A stretch of 64,000 nucleotides of DNA from Candidatus Micrarchaeota archaeon (GTDB lineage Archaea; Micrarchaeota; Micrarchaeia; Anstonellales; Anstonellaceae): assembly GCA_964581105.1 (NCBI GenBank), contig CAZOMB010000002.1, forward strand, positions 4,015-68,014, in the 5' to 3' direction. Shown one piece after another: positions 45,810-54,760 of this stretch; within the stretch, counting starts at the first letter, position 1; each line of letters begins with the position of its first letter. Below the pieces are notes generated by a model, which saw nothing but the letters and a program-made list of their open reading frames with translations, did no database searches and was not told the DNA's origin. The translations under genes and the position numbers were made by a program.

Positions 45810-47336
45810 TCACCTCTTTTTTCTTTTTCCGGGCTTTTGCTTTTTTTCTGCCAGGAAAACCAATGCCTCCCGTCTGCCCGCCCCTGTGCTGCCTTTTCTT
45901 ATTGATGAAAAAAGTGACAGGAGCTCTTTTTCCCTTGCCCCAATCCTGCGCAAAAGCGAAACCGCTGATGCCCTGCTGTAGCCGAACTTTTCCAAAAAAA
46001 GGACAAGGTCTGCCGCCTCAAGTGAATAACTGTGCCTTTCAAATTCTGACAGCAGGGAAGATGTCTGCCTGTCTGTCAGCCCAAAAGAGAGCAAATGTTT
46101 TGCTAGTTCATTTTTTTCAAACTCAAGGTTCACTCCACCACCTCTGATTGACAGTGTTATAAGCAGCCCTTCGCCGTCAACTTTTTCCACTATAAATGTC
46201 CTTGGGCAGCAAACAGGGCTTGCAAACTCCAAGTGCACAAGAGCCTGGCCCACTGAAAAGCTGTGTGAAAGGGCCTCAAGCAAATCAGAATAGGCAAGCG
46301 ATGCGCGAAGGTACTTGCGCTCTGATGAAAGCATAAGCCTGAATGCTGCAACCGTGCCTGCGTTTGAGAATATGCTCTTATGGATGTCTGTTGGATTTTG
46401 TGATGCAACAATAAGGCCAAATCCGTATTTCCTGCCTTCGCGGACTATTGACACTATGTCTGAGCGTGAGTCTGCTGCGATTTTCCATGCCTCATCTGCA
46501 ACAACAAAAAGACCTGGGAGCCTGGAGTTGCAATATGGCTGGCTGCGCATCTTTTCCTTTACAAACTGCAGAATTGCCAACCCTGCAAGGCTGCGCAGAG
46601 ACTCTGTTGGCAATGAATGAAGGTCAATGCAAACAATCCCTGAAATAAGCTCTTCAAGCTTAATGGTATGGGAAGAGAATGAGCCCCTTGAAGAAAGGAG
46701 CAGGTTTTTTATCCTCCTGGCTGCCTCTGCTGATTCTGTGCTCTTTTTTGATTTTTTCCTGAGAACCGAAAAAACCGCTTCAAGGGTTGGCGGTTTTTTT
46801 CGCTTGTTTTGCCTGTGGAGAGAAAACCCGCGCAACTGGTATGCCTTTTCAATTGCCTCTTCTGTGAGCCTGCGCTGGTGCGGGAATGAGGAAATGTCAG
46901 TGAGCATTTCCAATGAGCCCATTACCTGCCTTGTCCGTGTGTGTGGGGTTGTGCCTCCCAGGTCAAGAAGATTTATCCCCTGCTTTCCGAATTCTATTAC
47001 TTTGCCCCCTGCTGATTTTACCCAGTCAGCATATTCGCCTGCCCAGTCAAGGATAAGGAATTTTGATTTTAGTGCTATTGAGGCCCTGGTAATGAAAGTC
47101 TTTACAAAATAGGACTTGCCAGAGCCAGTTATGCCAACAATACATAAGTGCGGGTTGACAAGCTTTTCAGGGTCCCAGAAAAAGGGCACATGCAAGAATT
47201 GTGTTTTTCCTATGTAAACAGATTTTGAAGGGCTTGAAACAAGTTGCTCTGGTGCTGGTTCTGGCGGCCTGAGCAAGAAGCGCCTTTGCGCCATCTGGTC
47301 AGAAAGCAGCCTTTGCAGCTGCAGCATCCCACACAT
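45810..47336 (-). CDS. HerA/VirB4-like P-loop ATPase (DUF87 type)
   Basis: NPHLCIVGITGSGKS Walker A, ILDWAGEY, VVADEAW Walker B, REGRKYG, ASQNPTD. Confidence 0.85.
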   Translation of the reverse strand: MCGMLQLQRLLSDQMAQRRFLLRPPEPAPEQLVSSPSKSVYIGKTQFLHVPFFWDPEKLVNPHLCIVGITGSGKSYFVKTFITRASIALKSKFLILDWAGEYADWVKSAGGKVIEFGKQGINLLDLGGTTPHTRTRQVMGSLEMLTDISSFPHQRRLTEEAIEKAYQLRGFSLHRQNKRKKPPTLEAVFSVLRKKSKKSTESAEAARRIKNLLLSSRGSFSSHTIKLEELISGIVCIDLHSLPTESLRSLAGLAILQFVKEKMRSQPYCNSRLPGLFVVADEAWKIAADSRSDIVSIVREGRKYGFGLIVASQNPTDIHKSIFSNAGTVAAFRLMLSSERKYLRASLAYSDLLEALSHSFSVGQALVHLEFASPVCCPRTFIVEKVDGEGLLITLSIRGGGVNLEFEKNELAKHLLSFGLTDRQTSSLLSEFERHSYSLEAADLVLFLEKFGYSRASAVSLLRRIGAREKELLSLFSSIRKGSTGAGRREALVFLAEKKQKPGKRKKR

Positions 47337-47345
47337 AAGCGAGAG

Positions 47346-48212
47346 TCAGAAACCTCCTATTATCTGTTTTTTGACAGCCTCCAGAATGTCTATTTTCGAT
47401 GCTTCTGATGCAATGGTATTTGAGGCGGCTATTTCCTCTGCGCCTGCCCTTTGAAGCTTTGTGTACGCATCCCCAAGGAAAAGCCCGTGCGAGCAGCCGC
47501 AGCAGACTGATGTCGCCCCTTGTGAAAGCACTGCCTTGACTGCTTTTATCATTGTTGAGCCGCCTGCAATCATGTCATCAAGTATTACTATGTCTTTTCC
47601 TTTTACGTCAAAATCCAGGTCAATCCTTGAAACCGGCCTGTGCGCCCTTTTCTTCCCCCTGCCATAATCGCCGCGCACCTTGTTCATGCTTTTGCCGCCT
47701 GCTGCGCTTACAATGTATTTTGCGCCCTGGTCTGGGCTTATGAAAAGTGCGTCTGGTTTTTTTGCCTTAAAATATGAAACCAGCTCTTCTGAAAGCGAGA
47801 AATTGCGTATTTGTATGCCGCCGTATGTGAATGTGCCTGGTTTTTTCAGGAAATGGCAGTCAAATGTTGCAATAGAGCTAAAGCCTGCTGCTGCAATCAT
47901 CTGGCAGACTATCTCTGCTGACAGGGCTTCGCCAGGCTTCCATATCTTGTCCTGCCTGGCATAGGGGAGGTATGGAACAACTGCCTCTGTTCTTTTTGCT
48001 GTTTTCTGCAATGTCTTGCCAATAAGGAAAAGCTGGAGCAATGAGCTGTCCTGCTTTGGGTAGCACCTGTGAAGGACCTGGACCTCTGTGTCCTTGCACG
48101 AGTCAAGGCCATGGATAAGAACATGCGCCTCTTTGTCAGGGAATTTGCGAAGCTCTATGTTTGACGGGAAAATGTATGAAGAGTTCTGGCTTACAAGAAG
48201 CTTTGCGACCAT
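47346..48212 (-). CDS. prs: Ribose-phosphate pyrophosphokinase
   Basis: FPDKE, PYLPYARQDK, SPDQGA, ILDDMIAGGSTM, SHGLF. Confidence 0.92.
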   Translation of the reverse strand: MVAKLLVSQNSSYIFPSNIELRKFPDKEAHVLIHGLDSCKDTEVQVLHRCYPKQDSSLLQLFLIGKTLQKTAKRTEAVVPYLPYARQDKIWKPGEALSAEIVCQMIAAAGFSSIATFDCHFLKKPGTFTYGGIQIRNFSLSEELVSYFKAKKPDALFISPDQGAKYIVSAAGGKSMNKVRGDYGRGKKRAHRPVSRIDLDFDVKGKDIVILDDMIAGGSTMIKAVKAVLSQGATSVCCGCSHGLFLGDAYTKLQRAGAEEIAASNTIASEASKIDILEAVKKQIIGGF

Positions 48213-48256
48213 GCAAATATTATGCTCTGGAGAATTTTTAAAGCATGGGTTGGGGG

Positions 48257-48757
48257 TTAGCCCAGCATTGAGCCTATCTTGTCCACCAATGACCCTAGTA
48301 TTGTCGCATCATGCTTTGAGCCTCTTTTGCTGTCGCATTTTGGGCAGATTTTAAGCCCGTTGTCAAGAACCCTGAAGCTGTCTGTTTCCTTTTGGCAGTA
48401 CGAGCAATATGTTTTTGGCCCCTCCCTGCCCTGCTTTTCCTTTGCGCACGACGAATGGACCACTTTGTTGTTTGAAAGCTTGGTTGTTTTTTGCCATGAC
48501 TCTAAAGTTCGCCTGCAAAGAGGGCATTTTGGCTTTCTTTCCTGCCTTTCAAGCTCTGACATACAATAGCTGCAATAGACTGAGCCCCTCTTTCTCATCG
48601 CCCTTTCCGCGCTTATCCTGGTGCCGCATCTTGAACAGGATATGAGCCTTGCCTCTGCCCCTGAGCGCGTGTAGCATGGGATACATTTTAACCCCCTTGC
48701 ATAATAGGCAGAGTCGTTTTCATCAATCACTGCACCGCAGATAAGGCAGTTTGGCAT
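48257..48757 (-). CDS. Protein with four tandem treble-clef (LIM-half-like) zinc fingers
   Basis: CLIC-x17-CIPC, CSRC-x17-CSYC, CPLC-x19-HSSC, CSYC-x16-CPKC. Confidence 0.75.
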   Translation of the reverse strand: MPNCLICGAVIDENDSAYYARGLKCIPCYTRSGAEARLISCSRCGTRISAERAMRKRGSVYCSYCMSELERQERKPKCPLCRRTLESWQKTTKLSNNKVVHSSCAKEKQGREGPKTYCSYCQKETDSFRVLDNGLKICPKCDSKRGSKHDATILGSLVDKIGSMLG

Positions 48758-48796
48758 GCAATGATACCTCTGCTGAAGAATAAAAGCGTGTGTGGG

Positions 48797-49294
48797 TCAG
48801 AAGTTAAAGCTTGACACTTTGATGAATTTTGGCTCTTTTTCTGTGCCATATGCTATTATGAGCTCAAGGCGCGCCAAATGCGCTTTTTTTATCTCCTGCT
48901 CAAGTGCCTTTAAAGAAGGAGCCTCTCCAGGGGCAAGGCACAAGAACTGGCTTGGCTTTCCTTCAAGCCTTCCAATGCCAGGCGCATATACGCGAAAGTA
49001 TTTTGCACTTTTCATAAATGGCCTGATCTGCCTTGCTTTTTTGTAAATAAGGGAATAAACCGCCAGGGCAAATGGAAAGTTTTTGCCTGTTTTTTCCTGT
49101 GAAGCCATGAACTGCTCCAGTGTTTTGCCAGAAAATTTTGATTTGCCTGTTTTTACCAAGTATGCTGCCTCAAGAGGGGAAAACAGCACCGAGATGCCTG
49201 AGGAAAAGCCAAAACCTGCTTGTGAGAATTTTCCTGAAAGTTGTTTGTCAGTCTCTTCAAAGAGATTTTGTTTTTTTGCTTTTTTGAACGCCAT
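48797..49294 (-). CDS. EndA-like single-unit protein lacking catalytic His/Lys (structural beta-type)
   Basis: FSPLEAAYL, AVYSLI, YFRVYAPG, AHLARLELIIA align to an EndA unit; K of RK replaced by L; no His at the catalytic position. Confidence 0.7.
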   Translation of the reverse strand: MAFKKAKKQNLFEETDKQLSGKFSQAGFGFSSGISVLFSPLEAAYLVKTGKSKFSGKTLEQFMASQEKTGKNFPFALAVYSLIYKKARQIRPFMKSAKYFRVYAPGIGRLEGKPSQFLCLAPGEAPSLKALEQEIKKAHLARLELIIAYGTEKEPKFIKVSSFNF

Positions 49295-49302
49295 TTTTGC
49301 AC

Positions 49303-50493
49303 CTAGTTTTTCTTTTTCCCTGGTTTTGCTTTTTTTGCCTTTGAAACAAACAAAAGCTCATTCTCATCAAACCCAAAAAGCCTTGAAACCTGGTGTGCGT
49401 CCTTTTTTGCCGCATACTGGAGAAGGGGCAGATAAGATTGCGCCTGCGATGTTGAGCAGTGGCAAAATTTTGAGACTTTCCTGAGAACTGTTTTTCTGAC
49501 GGCCCTTGCTGATTTTGATGCGCCCATTTTCCTTATGTATTCTGGGTAAGAAAGCGGCGTGTACTTGTGGTAAGGCCCTGTCTTTGCAAGAGCAACCCCT
49601 GATGAGAGCAGGTCATTTGCATAGCGGAAAAGGCCCCAACATTGCGTGCGTGACGCCCTTGACTCAAATATATCTGCAGTTGAGATAGCCTCATAGCCCT
49701 GGGCAAGGTCAAAGGGCCGGGTGTACTCTGCAGGTAGGTTGTGCGCAACCCAGGTTTTCAGGGAAGCCCTGTCAGTGCCAGATGAAAAGACTGCAATGCG
49801 CGCTTCAGAAAAGCTTGTTGATTTTAGGATTGTCCTGACAGTGTCAAAAATCCCTTTTTCCTTGTCCCTGACTGCTGAAATGTTGTGAGCCTGCAAATCA
49901 TTGAGAGCCGCCCTTACGTCGCCTGACGCTGATTTTGCCATTTTTTCTGCGCTGCCCCCTGGCAATTGGATGGAAAGCTCTCCTGCCTTTTTCTTTATCA
50001 GCGCACCTATGCTTGCTGCATGTACTTTTCGGAACTCCAATGGCATACAGAGTTGTTTTATTGCCTGCAGGTTTTTTGCATAATAGCTGTGGGAGGTGAG
50101 GATTACTGGCTGCTTTGATGAAGAAAGTGCTTTTGCTATTGTAGAAGCACTGCCCCTTTCTGTCTTGCCTGAAATTGCATCAACATCATCAATGAGTATG
50201 AGCCTTTTTGTGCCAAATATTGATGAGGAGCCAACTGCAGCTGAAAGTGTTTTTCCCATTGTGTCAGCATCCCTTAAGCCAGAGGCATTTAGCTCATAAA
50301 GCTCCCAACCGTATTCTGAGGCTATTGCATGTGCAAGAGCAGTCTTTCCAGTGCCTGTTGGCCCATACACTAGAAGCGGTTTTTGAGACTTGCCTTTTTT
50401 CCATGAATCTGCCCATTTTCTTGCCAAAACCAGTGCTTGTGGGTTGCCAACCAGCTCACAAGTCAGGGCAGGGGGCCTAAGAGGTGAAACCAT
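49303..50493 (-). CDS. rfcL: Replication factor C large subunit
   Basis: YGPTGTGKT, YELNASG.R, LIDDVDAI, GDVRAALNDL. Confidence 0.92.
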   Translation of the reverse strand: MVSPLRPPALTCELVGNPQALVLARKWADSWKKGKSQKPLLVYGPTGTGKTALAHAIASEYGWELYELNASGLRDADTMGKTLSAAVGSSSIFGTKRLILIDDVDAISGKTERGSASTIAKALSSSKQPVILTSHSYYAKNLQAIKQLCMPLEFRKVHAASIGALIKKKAGELSIQLPGGSAEKMAKSASGDVRAALNDLQAHNISAVRDKEKGIFDTVRTILKSTSFSEARIAVFSSGTDRASLKTWVAHNLPAEYTRPFDLAQGYEAISTADIFESRASRTQCWGLFRYANDLLSSGVALAKTGPYHKYTPLSYPEYIRKMGASKSARAVRKTVLRKVSKFCHCSTSQAQSYLPLLQYAAKKDAHQVSRLFGFDENELLFVSKAKKAKPGKKKN

Positions 50494-50545
50494 AGCATTG
50501 TTGTGCCAGGCAGACTTTATATATTTGGGCTGCCAGTTTTAGGCT

Positions 50546-51703
50546 ATGCTAATCGGCGTTGTGGGCGCGCCCAATAAGGGAAAAAGCACCCTGTTTTCAG
50601 CAGCAACGCTTGTGGATGCTGGAATTGCAAACTACCCGTTTACCACCATTACCCCAAACAAAGGAATCACTTATGTTCGGTCAGAGTGCCCGCACAAGCT
50701 TTTAGGCCTGGAAAAATGCAATGCAAAGAACAGCAAGTGCATAAATGGAACCAGGCTTGTGCCTGTGAATATGGTTGATGTGCCTGGGCTTGTTCCAGAT
50801 GCACACCAGGGAAAGGGGCTTGGCAACAGGTTTTTGGACAGTGTGAGAGAAGCTGACGCGCTCATACAGGTTGTTGACTCCACTGGAAAGACAGATTTGC
50901 ATGGAAACCCTTGCCAAAAGTGCTTGCCATCAGAGGAAATCGGCTTTTTGCAAGAGGAAATTGCGCTTTGGCTCTGTTCAATAATGCTCAGGAAACCCCC
51001 GAAAGAAGACAACATAAAGGGAATTGTGGAGTCGCTTTCTGGCCTTAGAATAACTGAGCACATGCTTTTGCAAGCAGCATCTGAGTGCGGCCTCGACATA
51101 ACCAGTGGCCTGCCAGGCAAAGAAGGCACAGAACAGCTGGCAAGAGAAGTTCTCAAGCTTAGGATGCCGACTGTTGTTGCCTGCAATAAGATTGACCTGC
51201 CTGAAGCAGGGAAGATTTTCAAAAAAGTGAAAGAACAAAGCAGCAAGCCTGTTTTTGCATGCAGCGCAGCAATTGAGCTTGCCCTAAGAAAGGCAGCCGA
51301 AAAAGGGCTGTGCAGTTACTTCCCAGGTGCAAAGGAGTTTGATATTTTAGGGGAGCCCAGCCAAAAGCAGGTACAGGCTTTGGAGAGAATGAGAGAATTT
51401 TTGACAGAAAACAACGGAACGGGCGTACAGGAAATCATAGATTATGTTGTTTACAAAAAGCTTGGCTGCGTTGTTGTATACCCTGTTGAAGATGAGAGAA
51501 AATTTTCAAACAGGAAGGGGGAAGTGCTGCCAGATGCGCTGCTTGTGCCAAAAGGAACAACTGCCCTGCAGCTTGCAGAACTGGTGCATACAGACCTTGC
51601 GCAAAAATTTGTTGGTGCAATAGATGCAAAAAGCCATATGAAAATTGGCGCAGACTATGTCCTGAACGATGGAGATGTGATAAAAATACTCGCATCCAGA
51701 TAA
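50546..51703 (+). CDS. ychF: OBG-family ATPase/GTPase, archaeal YchF-like, TGS domain
   Basis: GAPNKGKSTLF, NYPFTTITPN, DVPGLVPDAHQGKGLGNRFLD, NKID, C-terminal TGS. Confidence 0.88.
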   Translation: MLIGVVGAPNKGKSTLFSAATLVDAGIANYPFTTITPNKGITYVRSECPHKLLGLEKCNAKNSKCINGTRLVPVNMVDVPGLVPDAHQGKGLGNRFLDSVREADALIQVVDSTGKTDLHGNPCQKCLPSEEIGFLQEEIALWLCSIMLRKPPKEDNIKGIVESLSGLRITEHMLLQAASECGLDITSGLPGKEGTEQLAREVLKLRMPTVVACNKIDLPEAGKIFKKVKEQSSKPVFACSAAIELALRKAAEKGLCSYFPGAKEFDILGEPSQKQVQALERMREFLTENNGTGVQEIIDYVVYKKLGCVVVYPVEDERKFSNRKGEVLPDALLVPKGTTALQLAELVHTDLAQKFVGAIDAKSHMKIGADYVLNDGDVIKILASR

Positions 51704-51764
51704 GCCGTACAAAAGCATGGAACTTAAAAGCTTTTGCGCAATTTAAACCAAGGAAGGTGAGAAT

Positions 51765-53267
51765 ATGGGGAAAAAACCAGTAAAAGGAAAAGAGAACGCC
51801 ACTCTAAAATATGCTTTTGTTGCAGTAGTTGTTATTGCAGTTGTTGCACTTGGCCTTGTTTATAATGGATTTTTTGAAGCCCCACAAGAGGAAGTGGAAA
51901 CTTCACCTTTTGAGTTGGAGTCTGTGAAGCTGCTGCTTGGCTCTTTTGACAGGGGAGCAGCAATACAAGAGTATTATCTGGAATACTCTGCAAATGAAAA
52001 TGGAGTTGTATCTGACTACTTTGTTGCAGACAACAGCAAGCAACGCTGGGCAAAGGTTAGCGGCACCTTTGGGGTTTTTGAGGGTTTTTTCAGTTCAAAC
52101 AACTCAACTGACACCCTGTGCCTTGAGTATGGGGAAGAAACACGGTGCGCAAGAGTAGGGAATGATAAAAATGCATTGGACATTGCAGCAAGCCTTAACG
52201 CATTGTTCCCAACCCCCCAGACATATGTTGATCAAAAGGACCAGGTGAGAAAGCTTATCTCGGCAGGGGCAATAGTTGTCAGCCCAGATGTTGTTGATGA
52301 AACAGTTAATGGTTTTGATGCACAAAAGATTGGCTATTCGCTTGACTATCAGAACCTGACTGTGCAGGACCTGCTTTCCCTGGGCTTAAGCCCAAATGAT
52401 CCGAGCCTTTATACTGTGACAGACCAAAAAGTTTTGTTTTGGATTGACAAGGCAACTGGCCTGGTAATAAAGAGCAACGCCTCTTTCAAGGAAAACCTTG
52501 TTCCACTGTTCTTTGAAACTGAATACCAGGTAGTTGAGCTGCAAGACCCCCAGGTGCCCGAGGCACCAGAAGCAATCATAGGAACACAAAGCTTTGTGCT
52601 TTTCTATAATCAGGCAGAGCAAGACTTTGTTGAAAGGAGAAAGTGCCAGAACATGCAGCAGCCAGACAGGGACTTGTGCTATAAATCATTTGCAGTCCAG
52701 CAGGGAGATTGGGAACTTTGCAAGCTTGTGGAAGATGTTGGAGAATATGAGGCATGCACCTTGATTGTTGCCCAAAGCACAAACAATTATGTGCTGTGCA
52801 GCAAAATTGACGATCTTGCAGATGACTGTTATATTGCAGTTGCTGGAGAGACTGGTAATTATGGCCTGTGTGAGAATTTGAAAGATGCCAGCCTGTTAGA
52901 GACATGCACACAAGCTGCTGTTGAAGGACAAAAAAAGGTGGATGAGGCCCAAAAGGCGTTTGAGAAGCTCATGTCATCGCAAAACTGTGAAACTGACCTG
53001 GATTGTAAAGTTGTTGGGAACTCAAACCAGTACTGTGTGCCAAAAAATGCCACTGGCCCGTTTGCAAATGAAACCTCCCCAATGTTTTCATGCCTTGAGG
53101 ATGTGCCCTGCAGTTGTGTTGATGGTTTTTGCGGCTTTGTAAAGGATGATGCCTATTATAAGTGCCTCTCTGAAGCTGAAAATGAGCAACTGCAGGAGTT
53201 TATCAACAATCTTGTAATAGAATCAGAGAACAGCACAATGCAAACAAACAATACCACAACCACTTAA
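51765..53267 (+). CDS. N-terminally anchored surface protein with Cys-rich repeats
   Basis: Basic N-terminus plus TM; WIDKATGLVIK; repeated C..+....D.CY..+A units; C-terminal CETDLDC...CSCVDGFC cluster. Confidence 0.7.
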   Translation: MGKKPVKGKENATLKYAFVAVVVIAVVALGLVYNGFFEAPQEEVETSPFELESVKLLLGSFDRGAAIQEYYLEYSANENGVVSDYFVADNSKQRWAKVSGTFGVFEGFFSSNNSTDTLCLEYGEETRCARVGNDKNALDIAASLNALFPTPQTYVDQKDQVRKLISAGAIVVSPDVVDETVNGFDAQKIGYSLDYQNLTVQDLLSLGLSPNDPSLYTVTDQKVLFWIDKATGLVIKSNASFKENLVPLFFETEYQVVELQDPQVPEAPEAIIGTQSFVLFYNQAEQDFVERRKCQNMQQPDRDLCYKSFAVQQGDWELCKLVEDVGEYEACTLIVAQSTNNYVLCSKIDDLADDCYIAVAGETGNYGLCENLKDASLLETCTQAAVEGQKKVDEAQKAFEKLMSSQNCETDLDCKVVGNSNQYCVPKNATGPFANETSPMFSCLEDVPCSCVDGFCGFVKDDAYYKCLSEAENEQLQEFINNLVIESENSTMQTNNTTTT

Positions 53268-53268
53268 A

Positions 53269-53368
53269 TGGGCCTAGAGGGATTCGAACCCTCGACGCGT
53301 GGATGGCCCTGTGGCATCCCTTTACACACATAAGAGTCCACTGCTCTACCAAGCTGAGCTATAGGCCC
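53269..53368 (-). tRNA. tRNA-Lys(CTT) with a 26-nt canonical 37/38 intron (53305-53330)
   Basis: GGGCCTATAGCTCAGCTTGGTAGAGCA GTGGA CTCTTA [intron] A TCCAC...GAGGGTTCGAATCCCTCTAGGCCCA; BHB central helix CTCT/AGGG. Confidence 0.95.
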
Positions 53369-53463
53369 GTAGAGCTGGATTATAATAAGAAGAATATAAA
53401 AGTTCTCTGCTTAAGGAAAGTTTGTTGGTGGGTTTTGTGGTGGCAGTCCTTGAAAAAAAACTT

Positions 53464-54429
53464 ATGGGAATGACCTCACCTGTGAGAAAGAGGCTTTTTA
53501 GGGTTTTTAGGAAAAAAAACACGCCAAAAGAAGTGTATGGCCTTCTTTCTGAATTTCTGTCAATGAGTGGAAAGCAGTTAAGGCCTGCCTTGTGCCTTGC
53601 TTCCTGTGAGGCTGTTGGCGGGTCAAAAAAAGAGGCCTTGCATGCAGCAGCCACAATAGAGATGTTCCATAACTTTACCCTGATACATGATGATATTGAA
53701 GATTCATCCATACTGCGCAGGGGAAAGCCTTGCCTGCACATAAAATACGGACTGCCGCTTGCCCTTAATGCGGGAGATGGGTTGTTTATGATGGTCTGGC
53801 AAGAGGCCATGTCAATACCCCGGCCAAAAAGGGCGCAGGCACAAAAATACCTACTCTCAGCGTTTACCAAGGTTCTTGAGGGCCAGGCAAGAGAGCTTGG
53901 TTGGTACCAAAAAAACAAATGGGATGTCTCAGAAAAAGAGTACTACCAGGTTGTTAGGGGCAAAACCGGTGCGCTTATTGCTGCTTCTTGTGGTGTTGGC
54001 GCATTTTTAGGGGGTGCAAGCAAAAAAACGTGCAAGGCACTCTCTGATTTTGGAATGAAATTAGGGGTAAGCTTTCAAATAATTGATGATGTGTTGAATG
54101 TTGTTGGCACTGAAAAAAAATACAAGAAAGAAATTGGGGGGGATATTAAGGAAGGAAAAAGGACGCTTATCACCATATGGGCCTTAAAGGCGCTTCCAAC
54201 AAACAAGAGAAAAAAATTAAGAGCCCTCCTGCACAAACAGAACAAGAGCAAAAAAGATGTGGAAACTGTTATTTTACTCATGAAAGAGTCTGGAGCAACC
54301 AAAAAAGCGCTGCGGACTGCAGAAGAGTTGGTCAATGGTGCAGTGCGTGACCTCAAGGTGTTGCCAAAAACCAGGGCAAAGGACCTTCTCCTTGAGCTTG
54401 CAAAGTACATTATACAGAGGGAAAGGTAG
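53464..54429 (+). CDS. idsA: Geranylgeranyl diphosphate synthase (polyprenyl synthetase)
   Basis: GKQLRP, HNFTLIHDDIED..LRRG, NAGD, KTGALI, FQIIDD, GGDIKEGK.T. Confidence 0.92.
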   Translation: MGMTSPVRKRLFRVFRKKNTPKEVYGLLSEFLSMSGKQLRPALCLASCEAVGGSKKEALHAAATIEMFHNFTLIHDDIEDSSILRRGKPCLHIKYGLPLALNAGDGLFMMVWQEAMSIPRPKRAQAQKYLLSAFTKVLEGQARELGWYQKNKWDVSEKEYYQVVRGKTGALIAASCGVGAFLGGASKKTCKALSDFGMKLGVSFQIIDDVLNVVGTEKKYKKEIGGDIKEGKRTLITIWALKALPTNKRKKLRALLHKQNKSKKDVETVILLMKESGATKKALRTAEELVNGAVRDLKVLPKTRAKDLLLELAKYIIQRER

Positions 54430-54485
54430 GCTGAACATAGTTTTTTAAATTGGAACCGAGAAGAAAGGTGGGGCAGACCCAGGTG

Positions 54486-54755
54486 ATGTTTGTGACACTA
54501 AAGGTTTCGAAAATATATGGGATGGACATATACACTGATGGTGGTAGGTTCCTTGGTAGGGTCCAGGAGATTTTGCTTGACCTTGAAAAGGGGGAAGTTA
54601 TCCGCCTTACTATGGAGCCGTTGAACTCTGTTTCAAAGGATGAGGCAAAAAGGATTTTGCGCGACAAGAGTGTGCTTTACAAGAGTGTAAAATCTGTTGA
54701 AGATGTTGTGGTTGTAACAAAAGGCGCAGTCTCTGCGTCAGGTCTTGAGTCTTGA
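54486..54755 (+). CDS. PRC-barrel domain protein (CdpB-like), second copy
   Basis: SKIYGMDIYTDGGRFLGRVQEILLD, YKSVKSVEDVVVV. Confidence 0.85.
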   Translation: MFVTLKVSKIYGMDIYTDGGRFLGRVQEILLDLEKGEVIRLTMEPLNSVSKDEAKRILRDKSVLYKSVKSVEDVVVVTKGAVSASGLES

Positions 54756-54760
54756 GGGCT

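Noticed and set aside
45810-47336. HerA-NurA repair operon or anti-phage HerA system
   Set aside because: No NurA, Mre11/Rad50, Sir2 or nuclease partner nearby; neighbours are prs and housekeeping genes
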